Shown: one piece after another, positions 16,961 to 27,681 of the stretch
How positions within the stretch are numbered: position 1 is the stretch's first letter
Layout: the number at the start of each line of letters is the position of its first letter
Assembly (NCBI GenBank): GCA_934747805.1
Contig: CAKVHC010000002.1
Span: 80,694-144,693, forward strand
DNA from: an uncultured Clostridia bacterium
Lineage (GTDB): Bacteria > Bacillota > Clostridia > Christensenellales > UBA1242
Length of the DNA stretch: 64,000 nucleotides
Direction: 5' to 3'
Notes under the pieces: generated by a model
What the model was told of the DNA's origin: nothing
Seen by the model: the letters and a program-made list of their open reading frames with translations, nothing else
The model's database searches: none
Position numbers and translations under genes: made by a program

Positions 16961-19900
16961 ATGGTTAGTTTGAGAAAAAGAAAACTGTCGAGAATTTCAA
17001 TGTTTTTAGCCTTGAGTTTCTGCTTGGCTTTTGTTTCCGCCTTTTCACTTGTGCCTACCACTCAGGCATCTAGTTTCGATGTATGGGACGGCTCAACAGT
17101 GTCTAGCAGTCTGTCAGGCTCAGGTGCGGAAAGTGAGCCTTATTTGATTCAGTCAGCTTCAGATTTGGCGTATTTCAATGCCAATCCTCAATCTGATGCG
17201 TATTACAAACTAACCACTGACATTGATTGCAATGGAATGTCTTGGACGCCAGTCAATGTTGGGTATTTTGACGGCGGCAATCACACCGTCAAGGGTTTTG
17301 AGCCAGGAGATTATATAGAAGACTCATCAAACAGCGTATACACAGGATTTTTCACGAGTGTTAAATCTTTGTCAAATCTAAAGATAGTCTATAGCACTCC
17401 TGTCACAAGGGACATTGGCTCAGTTTATTCAAACTATCGCTTTGGTGGTGCGACAACCAATGCATATTCAGGGGCTCAGGCTGTTATAGATAACGTGCAT
17501 GTCACCATAGACAATTTAGACATAACCAGTTCGGTCGATGGAAATTTCCTTATAGGTGGCATAATTGCTGAAGCAACAGAACATGCGGCCAACGTCACCA
17601 ATTGCTCAGTATATATGAACGCTAACATCACTCCAAGTGGCAGTATAAATTATATCGGCGGTATTGTTGGACTTTCAGGTGGTTCCGACGTGAGCGATTG
17701 CTATTCTAGAGGAAGCATCACTGTTAATAGCGGTTCACATGTTAGTGGCATTGTTAACAACAATACAACTTCCACAGTAAAACGCTGCTACACAACAATG
17801 AGCATCAATGCCGACACCTCCTACACCAAGCAGGGCTCGGAGATATATGAAGAAAAACCCGATGACTGTCGAGGCCACAGTTTTTATAAATGTCTCGGAC
17901 ATTGTCAAGGACATGCAGAAGTAGTTGGCTCTTGTCATGGTGGCATGCATTATATATGCGATCAACCTGAACTAAATGAAGATGAAACTGTGGCAATGTG
18001 TAAAGATGTCGTGGTTAAATTGTTTTGGCGTTGTGAAGGATGTTACTATAGAGAAGAAGCGAAGGAGGGGGCCAAAGAAGGTGATTTCAAAGATGATATA
18101 GAGCCGCATAACTACGTAAATAATGACGGGACAGAATCTTCTGTTACATGCTCGTCCACAAGTGCAGAATGCTGTAAAATTGGGGTAATTTTACATGGCG
18201 CGGGCGGCAAAGGTACAATAACTGAATTAAAAGCCGATGGCTGTAATAATTGGGGAATTATTAGCGAAGTAAAAAATGTTCCATGTGAATGGAAAGACAA
18301 AGGAAAAGTATTCTGTGATGCAGATATTGCTAAGAACAATTATAAATTTGTTTGTCCGAACTGCGGCTCTAAAATAGCGTCAGTTTATGAAGAAGAAGAT
18401 TGTATAGATAAAACTTGCACTGGCTGGAAGACAGAAACAGTTACGAGATATCACAGCAAAAGTGAGATGAGCAGTTGTACAAATGCTAGCTATCATAGTC
18501 CAGGTTACATTAAAGACGGCAACGATTATACGGCAGCTTTGATCGATGGTTGTGACAATCAAGAACTTGTAGATTATGGTGATTGTGGTAATCAACACTT
18601 GTATTTAGATCCAACAGGCCAGTACGAAATAGTTACTGTTAAGACTGGCTACGTGAATGCAATCTCTGATGTGAGTGAAAACAGAGTTTTCTTCTGTAGT
18701 GATAGCTCGTTGGTGGCAAGTAATACACTTAATGCGCCTGCCAAATATGGCCGCACATTGTCACAAATGAAAGTACGATCGACTTACGATAGTTGGCTTG
18801 ACTTTGATGACTATTGGATAATCGATTCCAGCGTAAACGACGGGCTGCCTGTTCAAAAATCGACGGTAAGTTTGGGCGTTAACACTGCACCAATACTGCT
18901 TGATTTAAACGATAATGAAATTACTGCAAAGGACTCAAAGAGTTGGAGCGAAGTGCGAACCACAGGCGACGGCTATTATCTGAGCCTAGACATTGGTGCA
19001 CCTGAAAACGAAACGGTTTCGTTAAACGTAACGTACGACGACGGAAAATATGAGTTTATCGGCTGGGCAAGAAAGAGTGACAATGGCTATTCTATCCTGT
19101 CTGACAGCACTCCATATTCGTTCGAAATGACCAAAGCTAACGAAGGTGGTTGGTATGCACTATTTAGAGAAGTTAAATATGACTTGACCACCAGCCTATG
19201 TGTTATCAAGGCTGACGGCACAGAAATAACTGATGATTCAGTCTTAAAAGAGTATGTTGACCTAAATGTCACTGTTAATGGCTCGACATATGCTGGGGCA
19301 GAGATTGGCGTACTAGACAAACTCAATTTTAGCTACCAGTACAAAAATCCAAACGTAGATTTCTTCACATTCGACCATTGGAGAGTTAACGGCACTAAGG
19401 TGACGGCGGATATTATCAGCACATTGCTGGACAATGGCGAAATAAGTGACGAAGACCATTATCTCTACACCGAGTTTTACGACAATATAATTGCTATCAG
19501 CAAGGATTCTGGTGTGCTCGACATTGTGGCTGTGTTCAGACCTGTAGAGTATAATTTCGTCGTTCACAACATGGATTCAACCAAAGGAACACTTTCCATA
19601 AGCGGTGATTACAGCGGCGAAAGTGAGATCACTAATGGTGGAACGTTGATAATCAAAAACGTTGACGTGTATTCCACAATTCCTGCCATTAGGGCGTATT
19701 CCGAAACAGCTGCGATTTCAGGTTGGAGCTACACTGACGTAGACGGCAACGAAGTTCAGTTGTTTACTTTTGATCAAATATTCAAAGAAAAAATCTCATC
19801 ACAAACAACACTTGTTGAGCAGATTGTTGACGGCAAAATCGCAGTAGAAAGCCATACCCTCAATTACTATGTTTCGTTCACCAATTTGTACACAATCAAA

Positions 19901-22900
19901 GTCGTAACCGAAGTGGATTTCGGCAGTTACACTGACTATGATCAAGATTGTTTGGCGTTTGTTTATAACTCAGACCACACGCAGCGTGAAACAGAAATGA
20001 TTGTTTTTGACGGACAAGAAATCACTTTCAACTATTACGACATGTCAGGCAGAGGTTATGATTTCTTAGGGTTCTATGACAAGAGCGTGGACAACGGCTT
20101 TGCGACATATTCAAAACTGCCAGCCACTGGTAAAATCACTGACGACACAACGGTTTACGGCGTGTATATGCGTAAGGTGGTCGATTTCAGCATCAAGGTG
20201 CTTGACCAAAGCTCAGACACGATTTGCGATTTCGCAGATTACAACAAAGAAATCTTAGACATTGGCGTTAATGCCTACAACAGTAGCTTTATAACTGGTT
20301 ATGAAATTGTCAACCAAGGTGCGAGCGATGAAAAATGGATTTTCACACTTAAGGATAACCAAATTCAGACCACAAGTTCATACCAAAGATACAATGACTA
20401 CGTGAACGTTGCTCTTTCGTTGCAAAACGAAATGAACAAAATATACAAGGTGTTGGGAATGAAGATTCTCAGCCCTGATGCAACTGTTGAGCAAGTGATT
20501 GCCGCATCGTATACAGCGAGTGCCAGCGGTTCAAACACTGCCAATATGATTATGAATGTGAACAACCTTGAAGGTAAGTGCATTTACATGGTTTACACCA
20601 AACTGGATATGTCGGTGCAACTCGCCGTTGAAACGATTGATCCAGGCAAAACGGCAGTCGACGAGCCTAGCGAAAGCTTAGTGATGCACAACACTGAATT
20701 GGTGGTGGGCAACCGTGTGCAAGACATTAAATACGGTGACACAATCTCATTCAAGAGCAAGGCAAAAACAGGCTTCAAATTCTATGGCTGGAAATTGCCA
20801 GACGGAACAGTTATTCAGCATAGCAATATTTCAATCGACGTCAATGGCAGGGTTACAACACTAGCAGACGACGAAGAATACAATATTTTGACATTGTCTG
20901 CATTCGATTCAACGCTCAAGGGCATCTACACAGCAATGTACTCAAAAATTGCTTACAAAATCGTCGTAGACAACCTTGCAGGCGACAGCATCTTTACTAT
21001 TGCAGGCAGTTCGTCCAAGAATGTTATTGAGCAGTTCTATATTAACCAGATTGCATCAATCACGGCAAATATCGATCCTAGCAAAAACTATTTCGGATTA
21101 AGCTCACAGCCTAACAATGTGGCAGAATACTTCAACTCAGTTCAACTTACAGAAACACTCATTGCTTTGGCTGATGAAAACAACACAATCAAACTGTACC
21201 AAGTGTACGAAGATAATTACTTGCTGACAATCAGCATAACAGATCAGGTTCACGGCAAATTTACTTACAAAGTAAATGGCGAAACACGAAACTATTCAGG
21301 TGCGGTGTATGTGACAAAAAATAGTCAAATCGAGATCAATGTTTCAGTTGACGCACACTATCATTTCACAATAACTGGTGTGAGCGAACAGAACGTTAGC
21401 GAAACTGGTGCAGAATTCACAATGTCTGCAAACACTACAGTGAATATCGACGTGGCTATCGACACTCACAAACTCGAATTTGAGTTTGAAGACGGCTACG
21501 AAGATGGTGCAACGCTCACAGGCGCAGGCACGTACAATTATGGTCAAACTGTTAAAATTGGCGCTATTATTAACAAAGGATTTGATTTCGTAAAGTGGAC
21601 GATTGACAACGGCGCTGGATCTGAAATCAAGTTGGTCAGCGAATTTGATTACACCATAACTGCTGACACAAAATGCAAAATTATTTTGCTGCACCGCTAC
21701 ACCATTACAACGCAGGTTAATGACCCACAGGGCGCAGAGATCACTGGCTCATTCGAACTCAACGAAAAGGACAGCGCACAAATCACGGTGACATTGCGTG
21801 CAGGATATAGCCTACAAGGTTGGCAAATCGATGGACAAGACACTGACTTGACTGGCACAACTATCACTGTAATTGGTGAGAAAACATGCACATATACGGC
21901 AGTAATTTCTCAAGACAAATATTACATTAACGTAGACGCAATCGCCGCAGTTTATGGTGAATCTGGCTACACTATCAGTGCTCCACAAAACAATGAATAT
22001 TACACCTACAACGAGCAAGTGGAAATCAAACTCATTACTCCAAAATTCCTACTCAGACTCAACAAGTTGAGTGCAAACAACGTAGTGCTGGCAATAAACA
22101 GTGCGGTGACTAACGAAAGTCAGTTGACAGTCAGTTTAACTGCTGGCAACAAGGAATATTTTGCTGGGGACACAACTGTTATTCGCATTGATTACACTCG
22201 CATTTATGCATTAAATATCATCAAATCTGAAACAGAAGCAGAAGATAGCGTGCTGAATGAAATGTATTATATCAGCAAGCAAACTACTGGTGACACGACT
22301 ACATATCTCATATTGGACGGCACAGTAGTAAATATTGATACAAAAGACAATTCAAAATACATTTTCAGCAAATATGAAATCAATGTAGACGGCAATTTTG
22401 AGACGCTCACGACTGAACGTGAAACTCTGTTCACCGTCGCTGCCGACAGCGAAATCAGAGTAGTGTATCTCGGCAAAGCCTATGATATCGACTTTGTCTA
22501 TCACGTTTTGGACGAAAATGGCGCAGAAATGACCGATTTCAATAAAAAATGGATTTCTAACCGCACTTATTCATTCAAAAATGCAGACGGCGAAGAAACA
22601 CTCGAATTCAGATATGGCAGTGAAATCACTATCACGCCAGCAATTTTACCATATGGTTTGGCGGTCGATCACTTCACATTTGACGGCAACGATTCAGCGT
22701 CTAGCATCACAGTTTTGATGAACAAAGAAGGCAACATTACTGTTGACGTGTACTATATTCGTGTGGCAATCAGCGTGTCAGTTTACAATAGTGAAAATGG
22801 CACAATAACGAAGATTGCAGATAGCGATATAGACAACGGCAACGCAATCTACACTGTAACAGGCGAAGGCCAGTATTATATCGGCGACAGTGTAGTAATT

Positions 22901-25900
22901 AAACTCGCCGCAGTTCAAGCATATAAGGACTATTTCCTAAACAAAGGCTGGTCAATAGGCGACAACAAACTTGATTTTGTCAACTATGCAGCCACATTTA
23001 ACGGAAACACTTACAGAGTAGAAAACAACAACCGCACAATTAAATTCACATTGGTGCCATTCACCAGCGAAACAAGTTTTGTGCTTGCTCCAGAATTAGA
23101 TTTCACCGAATTCAACATTAATGTTGCAATTTATCTAAACCGTGCAGCCTACACTCCAGACGACGTTCCAATGGCCACTGCTTCGATATTCGTAAACGGT
23201 GTCGACACAGAGTCAATGGCGGCAAAAGTTCATTTCAAAGACAGGGTTGAAATTAAGGTAACTTACAACCCAACCAATAGTAACGATTATGTAAATGTGT
23301 ACAAGTTTGACGAAATGACTTGTGTTGGCTACAGCATAGAAAACAATGTGACCATTGGCGACGACCAAAGCGTGACATACACAATTCCAAGCTTTGTCAA
23401 ATCTAACAAGGGCAATTATCGTTTCAAATACGTAAGTAGCACATCGTCATTCTCGCTCACTGCAACGCCTGAAAAGGCTGTGCAAGACGCAGCTTTGTCC
23501 CAGAACAAAACTGAATATGCTCAAGGCGATTCCGTCATCATTAAGGTAGACCAAAACAAGATTAATGCAGGTTTCCGCTTCTTAGGCTGGTATTACAATG
23601 ACGAGCTGAAGAGCAACAACCTAGAGTACAAGTTTGATTATAACGTAAGTTTCTACGGCAACACATTTGAAGCCAGATTTGAAGCATTGGATTATACGTT
23701 TGAATTCGTTCCAACTGTAAATGGCAGCGTAACTAACGCCAATGATATTGATTTGACAGGCACAAGAACATATAATGCACTTAATGGTTTCACTGATGCC
23801 ACTGACCAAAATTCAAAACAAATAATTTTCACACCAGACTCAGCAAATGGTTATTGCATTGATAATGTTGTGTTCTACGCATCAAATGACCAAGAAAACA
23901 CTCACTCAGTTTACGCCATGCTCAACATTGACGATAGCGGCGTAGCTGTATGGAATTTCGACTTTGCATACGTGAGCAATTTGATTTCTCAAGCAAACAT
24001 TGCAGACACTACATTTGTAATAAAAGCCACATTTAAGCACATTGTTTTGAATGTGAACGTGCAAGTTTTCTGCGACGACATTGCCACTACGCAAGACGAC
24101 CTGATTTCATATTCAATCGGGGGTTATGATGAAACGAATATTAAGAATTTTGAAATTGAGTATGGCGAAAGTTTCGTTTTAACAATCACATCACTCAAAG
24201 ACGGATACAAACTTATCAGTTCAAACGCTATCTTGTTTGACGGAGTAAGTCAAAATATTGAGTCATCTAGCACTACTATTCAAGTTAAACAAAACGGCGT
24301 TTTGGAAATCTATATCGAGCGTGTGGAATACACAATCAACCTAAGTTATTTCAAAAAATTCGGCGAAGTAAAAATTGTTGGTAAAGCAAAAGTAGGCGAA
24401 ACTATTGCTTTTGTAAAGACATCTGTCAACACAGGCTATGACTTTACAGGGTTCTACAGAGGGTCAAGCATTGATGAAAACAAACTTTTGTCCACTGAAG
24501 ACCGTTATGAATTCACATTTGAAATTGAATACGACGCCGACGGCAACATTATAACGTCGTACAATTATTACGCAGGTTTTGTACCAAAATCTATTACGTT
24601 TATAGTTAAGTCGTACGACAACAAGGGCAATCTTTTGGAAGATATTGCACCAATCACCTACAAGGTTGGCGGCACAGAATATCCACTTAACAACGCTACA
24701 TTCAAATATGGACAAGAACTAGAACTCGTCGTTAGAAATTTTGAAGGCTATACATTTGAGAGCTTTGCCGATGACAGCGTTATCAAGGGCACAAGAGTTT
24801 CTATCAACGATGAAATGTTAAGGTTTGATGGGGATAAGATAGTTAAATTGATTTACTCAGCCAACAAACACACTATCACCATATACCACAACATGTTGGG
24901 CGCAACCGACAAAAATGGTGAATCACTAAATATCAGCCCAGCATACATGCGTTATTCAACTGGCAACGAGTCAAGAAGCTTTGGCAATATTAAGCGTGAA
25001 GTGGTGGTGACTTACAACTCAAAGATTGGCCTGACAATCAGTGCCATTTCGAGCGATTGGACATTTGTAGGTTTGTACGAAATAATCACTGTGGATGATC
25101 AACAAGTAACAAACACATTGATCGAAGGCTCGAACGCAACAGGATATTCTCCAAGCTATATTGTAAAAGATTACGATGCAGAGATTATCGCATATTTCAC
25201 TCCAAAGATTGAGTTCAAAGATTTCGATGACGTGAACGAGAGAACATATTCATTCGTATACACTTCAAACCCAGTCGGAATTCCAGAAACAAAAGTTAGC
25301 ATGTTGGCAGACAACCCATTGAGAGAGCTAATGAGCATAACATACAACGGCTCAGTCAATGCACCAACAAACGCTGGACAATACACTCTTGCAATTAAGT
25401 TTGATTCTACTCGAATTCCGGGATTGAAGAACTATCCAAGTCCAACCGCCACATTAAGAATTACGCCAATAGAACTGAAATTCGCTTATGACGGCAAGAT
25501 TAGTAAAGTATATGACGGCACATCTTCAATTCTTGTTTACTCAGGGCTTAAGATAGCTGACGGAATATTGCGTGAAAACGACGTAGATTGGTTGACCATT
25601 TCTACATCAGACGCCAATTTCAGTGCAAACTTTGTTCTTGCAGATAAAGGTGTGTATTACAACCGTATCGATGTCGCTGACAATTATAGTGTTCGATTTG
25701 AGAATCTGAAACTGGTCAGCAAAGTTGGCGATTATTCGTCGAAAGTAAACAACTATGTCTTCCCTGACAATTCAAACACAATCATTTTCAACAATATTGG
25801 CAGCATCACCAAGCGTGAAATTGACATGCAAAACGTTCTTGTTGTGAACAAAATTTACGACGGAACTACTGACATCAAGTTTAGAGAAGGCTATTCGTTA

Positions 25901-26680
25901 AATAATGCAGTCTTGAATATTAACCAAATAGTTAAGATTGGAGATTTAATCGATGACGTAGGACTAGACTATGAAAATATTTCCCTTAGTTACTCTACCA
26001 AAGAAGTTGGCGGCAATGTTGGTGTGATCTTTAAGTTGATTAATAATAGCACTGGTCTTATAGGTGCAAAAGCAACTAACTACACACTCAGATTTCCAAC
26101 TTTGACAGGCTATACAATTCATCCAAATCAAGTATCAATTACAGGTGATTATGGGACAATTACAATAGTTGATATAGACAATAATTTGTATCTGCCATTG
26201 GATTTGCAAATCAAAGTAACGCCTATTCGAGAAACAAGCGAAAGCTACGCTTCAATCTATGGAATAATTGAACCAGAACTTTCAAACAACAAGAACTTTG
26301 GCATAGGATATAATATTGCACTATATTCAAATGGTTTTGAGTATAAGATTATTAATAGCGCAGTTAAGGTAATCATTACGCCACCTCAAGATATGAGCAA
26401 TAGTCGAATTGACAATATTTTGAAAGTCATTACTACTCAAGACAACACGTCAGTAGAGCATATGACTATAACCGCAGATTTGCAAACTGTTTCATTCCGC
26501 ACTAGTGAACTCGGAACGTTTGTCCTAGTGGCAACACGTAATCCAGTACCTTTGTGGTTAATAATTGTAATAAGCGTTATCGTCGCACTGGCAATACTAT
26601 TCTTGTGCTTGTACTTATTCGTAATCGTACCTAGAAAACGTGAAAAAGCGTACGCAAACTTTAGCAAACTTGAACCATAA
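16961..26680 (+). CDS. Giant (3,239 aa) membrane-anchored surface repeat protein, adhesin-like
   Basis: Signal peptide (aa 1-36, ...TTQA/SS). N-terminal GLUG/beta-helix-like domain (PYLIQSASDL, FDGGNHTV, IGGIVGLSGGSDVSDCYSRGSI). Cys-rich insert at aa 303-542. At least 14 Listeria-Bacteroides-type repeat units ([YF]xFxGW: YEFIGW, FKFYGW, FDFVKW, YSLQGW, FRFLGW...). C-terminal YDGT 'MBG-like' units (KVYDGTSSI, KIYDGTTDI). Single C-terminal TM at 26552-26632, then RKREKAYANFSKLEP. No LPXTG. Confidence 0.9.
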   Translation: MVSLRKRKLSRISMFLALSFCLAFVSAFSLVPTTQASSFDVWDGSTVSSSLSGSGAESEPYLIQSASDLAYFNANPQSDAYYKLTTDIDCNGMSWTPVNVGYFDGGNHTVKGFEPGDYIEDSSNSVYTGFFTSVKSLSNLKIVYSTPVTRDIGSVYSNYRFGGATTNAYSGAQAVIDNVHVTIDNLDITSSVDGNFLIGGIIAEATEHAANVTNCSVYMNANITPSGSINYIGGIVGLSGGSDVSDCYSRGSITVNSGSHVSGIVNNNTTSTVKRCYTTMSINADTSYTKQGSEIYEEKPDDCRGHSFYKCLGHCQGHAEVVGSCHGGMHYICDQPELNEDETVAMCKDVVVKLFWRCEGCYYREEAKEGAKEGDFKDDIEPHNYVNNDGTESSVTCSSTSAECCKIGVILHGAGGKGTITELKADGCNNWGIISEVKNVPCEWKDKGKVFCDADIAKNNYKFVCPNCGSKIASVYEEEDCIDKTCTGWKTETVTRYHSKSEMSSCTNASYHSPGYIKDGNDYTAALIDGCDNQELVDYGDCGNQHLYLDPTGQYEIVTVKTGYVNAISDVSENRVFFCSDSSLVASNTLNAPAKYGRTLSQMKVRSTYDSWLDFDDYWIIDSSVNDGLPVQKSTVSLGVNTAPILLDLNDNEITAKDSKSWSEVRTTGDGYYLSLDIGAPENETVSLNVTYDDGKYEFIGWARKSDNGYSILSDSTPYSFEMTKANEGGWYALFREVKYDLTTSLCVIKADGTEITDDSVLKEYVDLNVTVNGSTYAGAEIGVLDKLNFSYQYKNPNVDFFTFDHWRVNGTKVTADIISTLLDNGEISDEDHYLYTEFYDNIIAISKDSGVLDIVAVFRPVEYNFVVHNMDSTKGTLSISGDYSGESEITNGGTLIIKNVDVYSTIPAIRAYSETAAISGWSYTDVDGNEVQLFTFDQIFKEKISSQTTLVEQIVDGKIAVESHTLNYYVSFTNLYTIKVVTEVDFGSYTDYDQDCLAFVYNSDHTQRETEMIVFDGQEITFNYYDMSGRGYDFLGFYDKSVDNGFATYSKLPATGKITDDTTVYGVYMRKVVDFSIKVLDQSSDTICDFADYNKEILDIGVNAYNSSFITGYEIVNQGASDEKWIFTLKDNQIQTTSSYQRYNDYVNVALSLQNEMNKIYKVLGMKILSPDATVEQVIAASYTASASGSNTANMIMNVNNLEGKCIYMVYTKLDMSVQLAVETIDPGKTAVDEPSESLVMHNTELVVGNRVQDIKYGDTISFKSKAKTGFKFYGWKLPDGTVIQHSNISIDVNGRVTTLADDEEYNILTLSAFDSTLKGIYTAMYSKIAYKIVVDNLAGDSIFTIAGSSSKNVIEQFYINQIASITANIDPSKNYFGLSSQPNNVAEYFNSVQLTETLIALADENNTIKLYQVYEDNYLLTISITDQVHGKFTYKVNGETRNYSGAVYVTKNSQIEINVSVDAHYHFTITGVSEQNVSETGAEFTMSANTTVNIDVAIDTHKLEFEFEDGYEDGATLTGAGTYNYGQTVKIGAIINKGFDFVKWTIDNGAGSEIKLVSEFDYTITADTKCKIILLHRYTITTQVNDPQGAEITGSFELNEKDSAQITVTLRAGYSLQGWQIDGQDTDLTGTTITVIGEKTCTYTAVISQDKYYINVDAIAAVYGESGYTISAPQNNEYYTYNEQVEIKLITPKFLLRLNKLSANNVVLAINSAVTNESQLTVSLTAGNKEYFAGDTTVIRIDYTRIYALNIIKSETEAEDSVLNEMYYISKQTTGDTTTYLILDGTVVNIDTKDNSKYIFSKYEINVDGNFETLTTERETLFTVAADSEIRVVYLGKAYDIDFVYHVLDENGAEMTDFNKKWISNRTYSFKNADGEETLEFRYGSEITITPAILPYGLAVDHFTFDGNDSASSITVLMNKEGNITVDVYYIRVAISVSVYNSENGTITKIADSDIDNGNAIYTVTGEGQYYIGDSVVIKLAAVQAYKDYFLNKGWSIGDNKLDFVNYAATFNGNTYRVENNNRTIKFTLVPFTSETSFVLAPELDFTEFNINVAIYLNRAAYTPDDVPMATASIFVNGVDTESMAAKVHFKDRVEIKVTYNPTNSNDYVNVYKFDEMTCVGYSIENNVTIGDDQSVTYTIPSFVKSNKGNYRFKYVSSTSSFSLTATPEKAVQDAALSQNKTEYAQGDSVIIKVDQNKINAGFRFLGWYYNDELKSNNLEYKFDYNVSFYGNTFEARFEALDYTFEFVPTVNGSVTNANDIDLTGTRTYNALNGFTDATDQNSKQIIFTPDSANGYCIDNVVFYASNDQENTHSVYAMLNIDDSGVAVWNFDFAYVSNLISQANIADTTFVIKATFKHIVLNVNVQVFCDDIATTQDDLISYSIGGYDETNIKNFEIEYGESFVLTITSLKDGYKLISSNAILFDGVSQNIESSSTTIQVKQNGVLEIYIERVEYTINLSYFKKFGEVKIVGKAKVGETIAFVKTSVNTGYDFTGFYRGSSIDENKLLSTEDRYEFTFEIEYDADGNIITSYNYYAGFVPKSITFIVKSYDNKGNLLEDIAPITYKVGGTEYPLNNATFKYGQELELVVRNFEGYTFESFADDSVIKGTRVSINDEMLRFDGDKIVKLIYSANKHTITIYHNMLGATDKNGESLNISPAYMRYSTGNESRSFGNIKREVVVTYNSKIGLTISAISSDWTFVGLYEIITVDDQQVTNTLIEGSNATGYSPSYIVKDYDAEIIAYFTPKIEFKDFDDVNERTYSFVYTSNPVGIPETKVSMLADNPLRELMSITYNGSVNAPTNAGQYTLAIKFDSTRIPGLKNYPSPTATLRITPIELKFAYDGKISKVYDGTSSILVYSGLKIADGILRENDVDWLTISTSDANFSANFVLADKGVYYNRIDVADNYSVRFENLKLVSKVGDYSSKVNNYVFPDNSNTIIFNNIGSITKREIDMQNVLVVNKIYDGTTDIKFREGYSLNNAVLNINQIVKIGDLIDDVGLDYENISLSYSTKEVGGNVGVIFKLINNSTGLIGAKATNYTLRFPTLTGYTIHPNQVSITGDYGTITIVDIDNNLYLPLDLQIKVTPIRETSESYASIYGIIEPELSNNKNFGIGYNIALYSNGFEYKIINSAVKVIITPPQDMSNSRIDNILKVITTQDNTSVEHMTITADLQTVSFRTSELGTFVLVATRNPVPLWLIIVISVIVALAILFLCLYLFVIVPRKREKAYANFSKLEP

Positions 26681-26704
26681 TACATACACAATACAGGAGT
26701 TTTT

Positions 26705-27622
26705 ATGACAGATTATGATATAGTAGTTGTAGGAGGGGGCCCTGCAGGGCTTTCCTCCGCAATCTACGCCTTGCGTGCTGGCAAGCGTGTTGCACTTATT
26801 GAAAAAGGTTTTTTGGGCGGTCAGGTGGCTTTCACTGCCAATATCAAAAACTATGTTGGTTTTGAAAAGATTTCAGGTATGGAACTTGCGGATAAAATGG
26901 CAAACCACGCACGTGAATATGGGCTGGTTAACATCACGGGTGAAGTGCTTGGCATTGAGAAGCATCGTAATTATTTCACAATTACACACACCAATGGCTC
27001 AGTTAGTTGCAAACGCATTATCTTGTGTATGGGAGTAACAGCCAAATATTTGAATGTTGTTGGAGAACGTGAATTCACAGGCAAAGGCGTCAGTTATTGT
27101 GCTACATGCGACGGCAATCTTTTCAAGAATTTGGACGTGGCAGTCGTGGGCGGTGGCGACACTGCATTTGAGGACATTTTATATCTCTCGTCGTTGTGCC
27201 ACAAGGTTTATGGCATTCACCGAAGCAAACAATATCGTGCAAATGACAAATTGCAAAAGGAAGTCAATAGACTAGTTAAAGAAGGCAAGGTTGAACTAAT
27301 CACCGATAGCGTGGTCAAGGAAATTAAGGGAGATAAACACCTCACCGAACTTGAAATCTTCAACACATTAAATCAGCAAGCATCCACACTTAAGGTTCGT
27401 GGGCTTTTCGTCGCAATAGGTGCTGAGCCACGCACAGACTTCACTCGTGGGCTGGTCGCCACAGACGAGCATGGATATATTAAAGTCAACGCTCGCAAGC
27501 AAACCAGTGTCAAAGGCATTTATGCCGCTGGCGATATCACCAATACAAACCTGCGACAAATCGTCACTGCATGCGCAGATGGTGCGATAGCTGGCAGCGA
27601 ATCTGCAAAATCAATACATTAA
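26705..27622 (+). CDS. trxB: Thioredoxin-disulfide reductase
   Basis: DIVVVGGGPAGLSSAIYALRAG, redox CATCDG, second GGGDTA nucleotide site; 305 aa. Only 24 nt and no hairpin separate it from the giant gene. Confidence 0.93.
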   Translation: MTDYDIVVVGGGPAGLSSAIYALRAGKRVALIEKGFLGGQVAFTANIKNYVGFEKISGMELADKMANHAREYGLVNITGEVLGIEKHRNYFTITHTNGSVSCKRIILCMGVTAKYLNVVGEREFTGKGVSYCATCDGNLFKNLDVAVVGGGDTAFEDILYLSSLCHKVYGIHRSKQYRANDKLQKEVNRLVKEGKVELITDSVVKEIKGDKHLTELEIFNTLNQQASTLKVRGLFVAIGAEPRTDFTRGLVATDEHGYIKVNARKQTSVKGIYAAGDITNTNLRQIVTACADGAIAGSESAKSIH

Positions 27623-27624
27623 AA

Positions 27625-27645
27625 AACACAGCAATGTGTTTTTTA
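27625..27645 (+). terminator. Intrinsic terminator after trxB
   Basis: aacaca-gcaa-tgtgtt followed by TTTT. Confidence 0.7.
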
Positions 27646-27646
27646 T

Positions 27647-27675
27647 TTGTCTATTGGCATGGATTGTGTTATAAT
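27647..27675 (+). promoter_or_regulatory. ung promoter placed for a leaderless transcript
   Basis: TTGTCT (27647-27652), 17 nt, TGtTATAAT (-10 at 27670-27675), 6 nt, ATG at 27682. No SD. Confidence 0.6.
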
Positions 27676-27681
27676 GCAAGT

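Noticed and set aside
27571-27681. ORF-track 5' extensions: ung from 27571, recX to 12798, 13487-13549, obg to 37596, nth to 38155, parE from 47510, nifJ to 5607.
   Set aside because: The extensions overlap upstream genes, terminators or the gene's own promoter hexamers, and they precede conserved N-termini. Internal ATGs fit the SD or leaderless geometry better.
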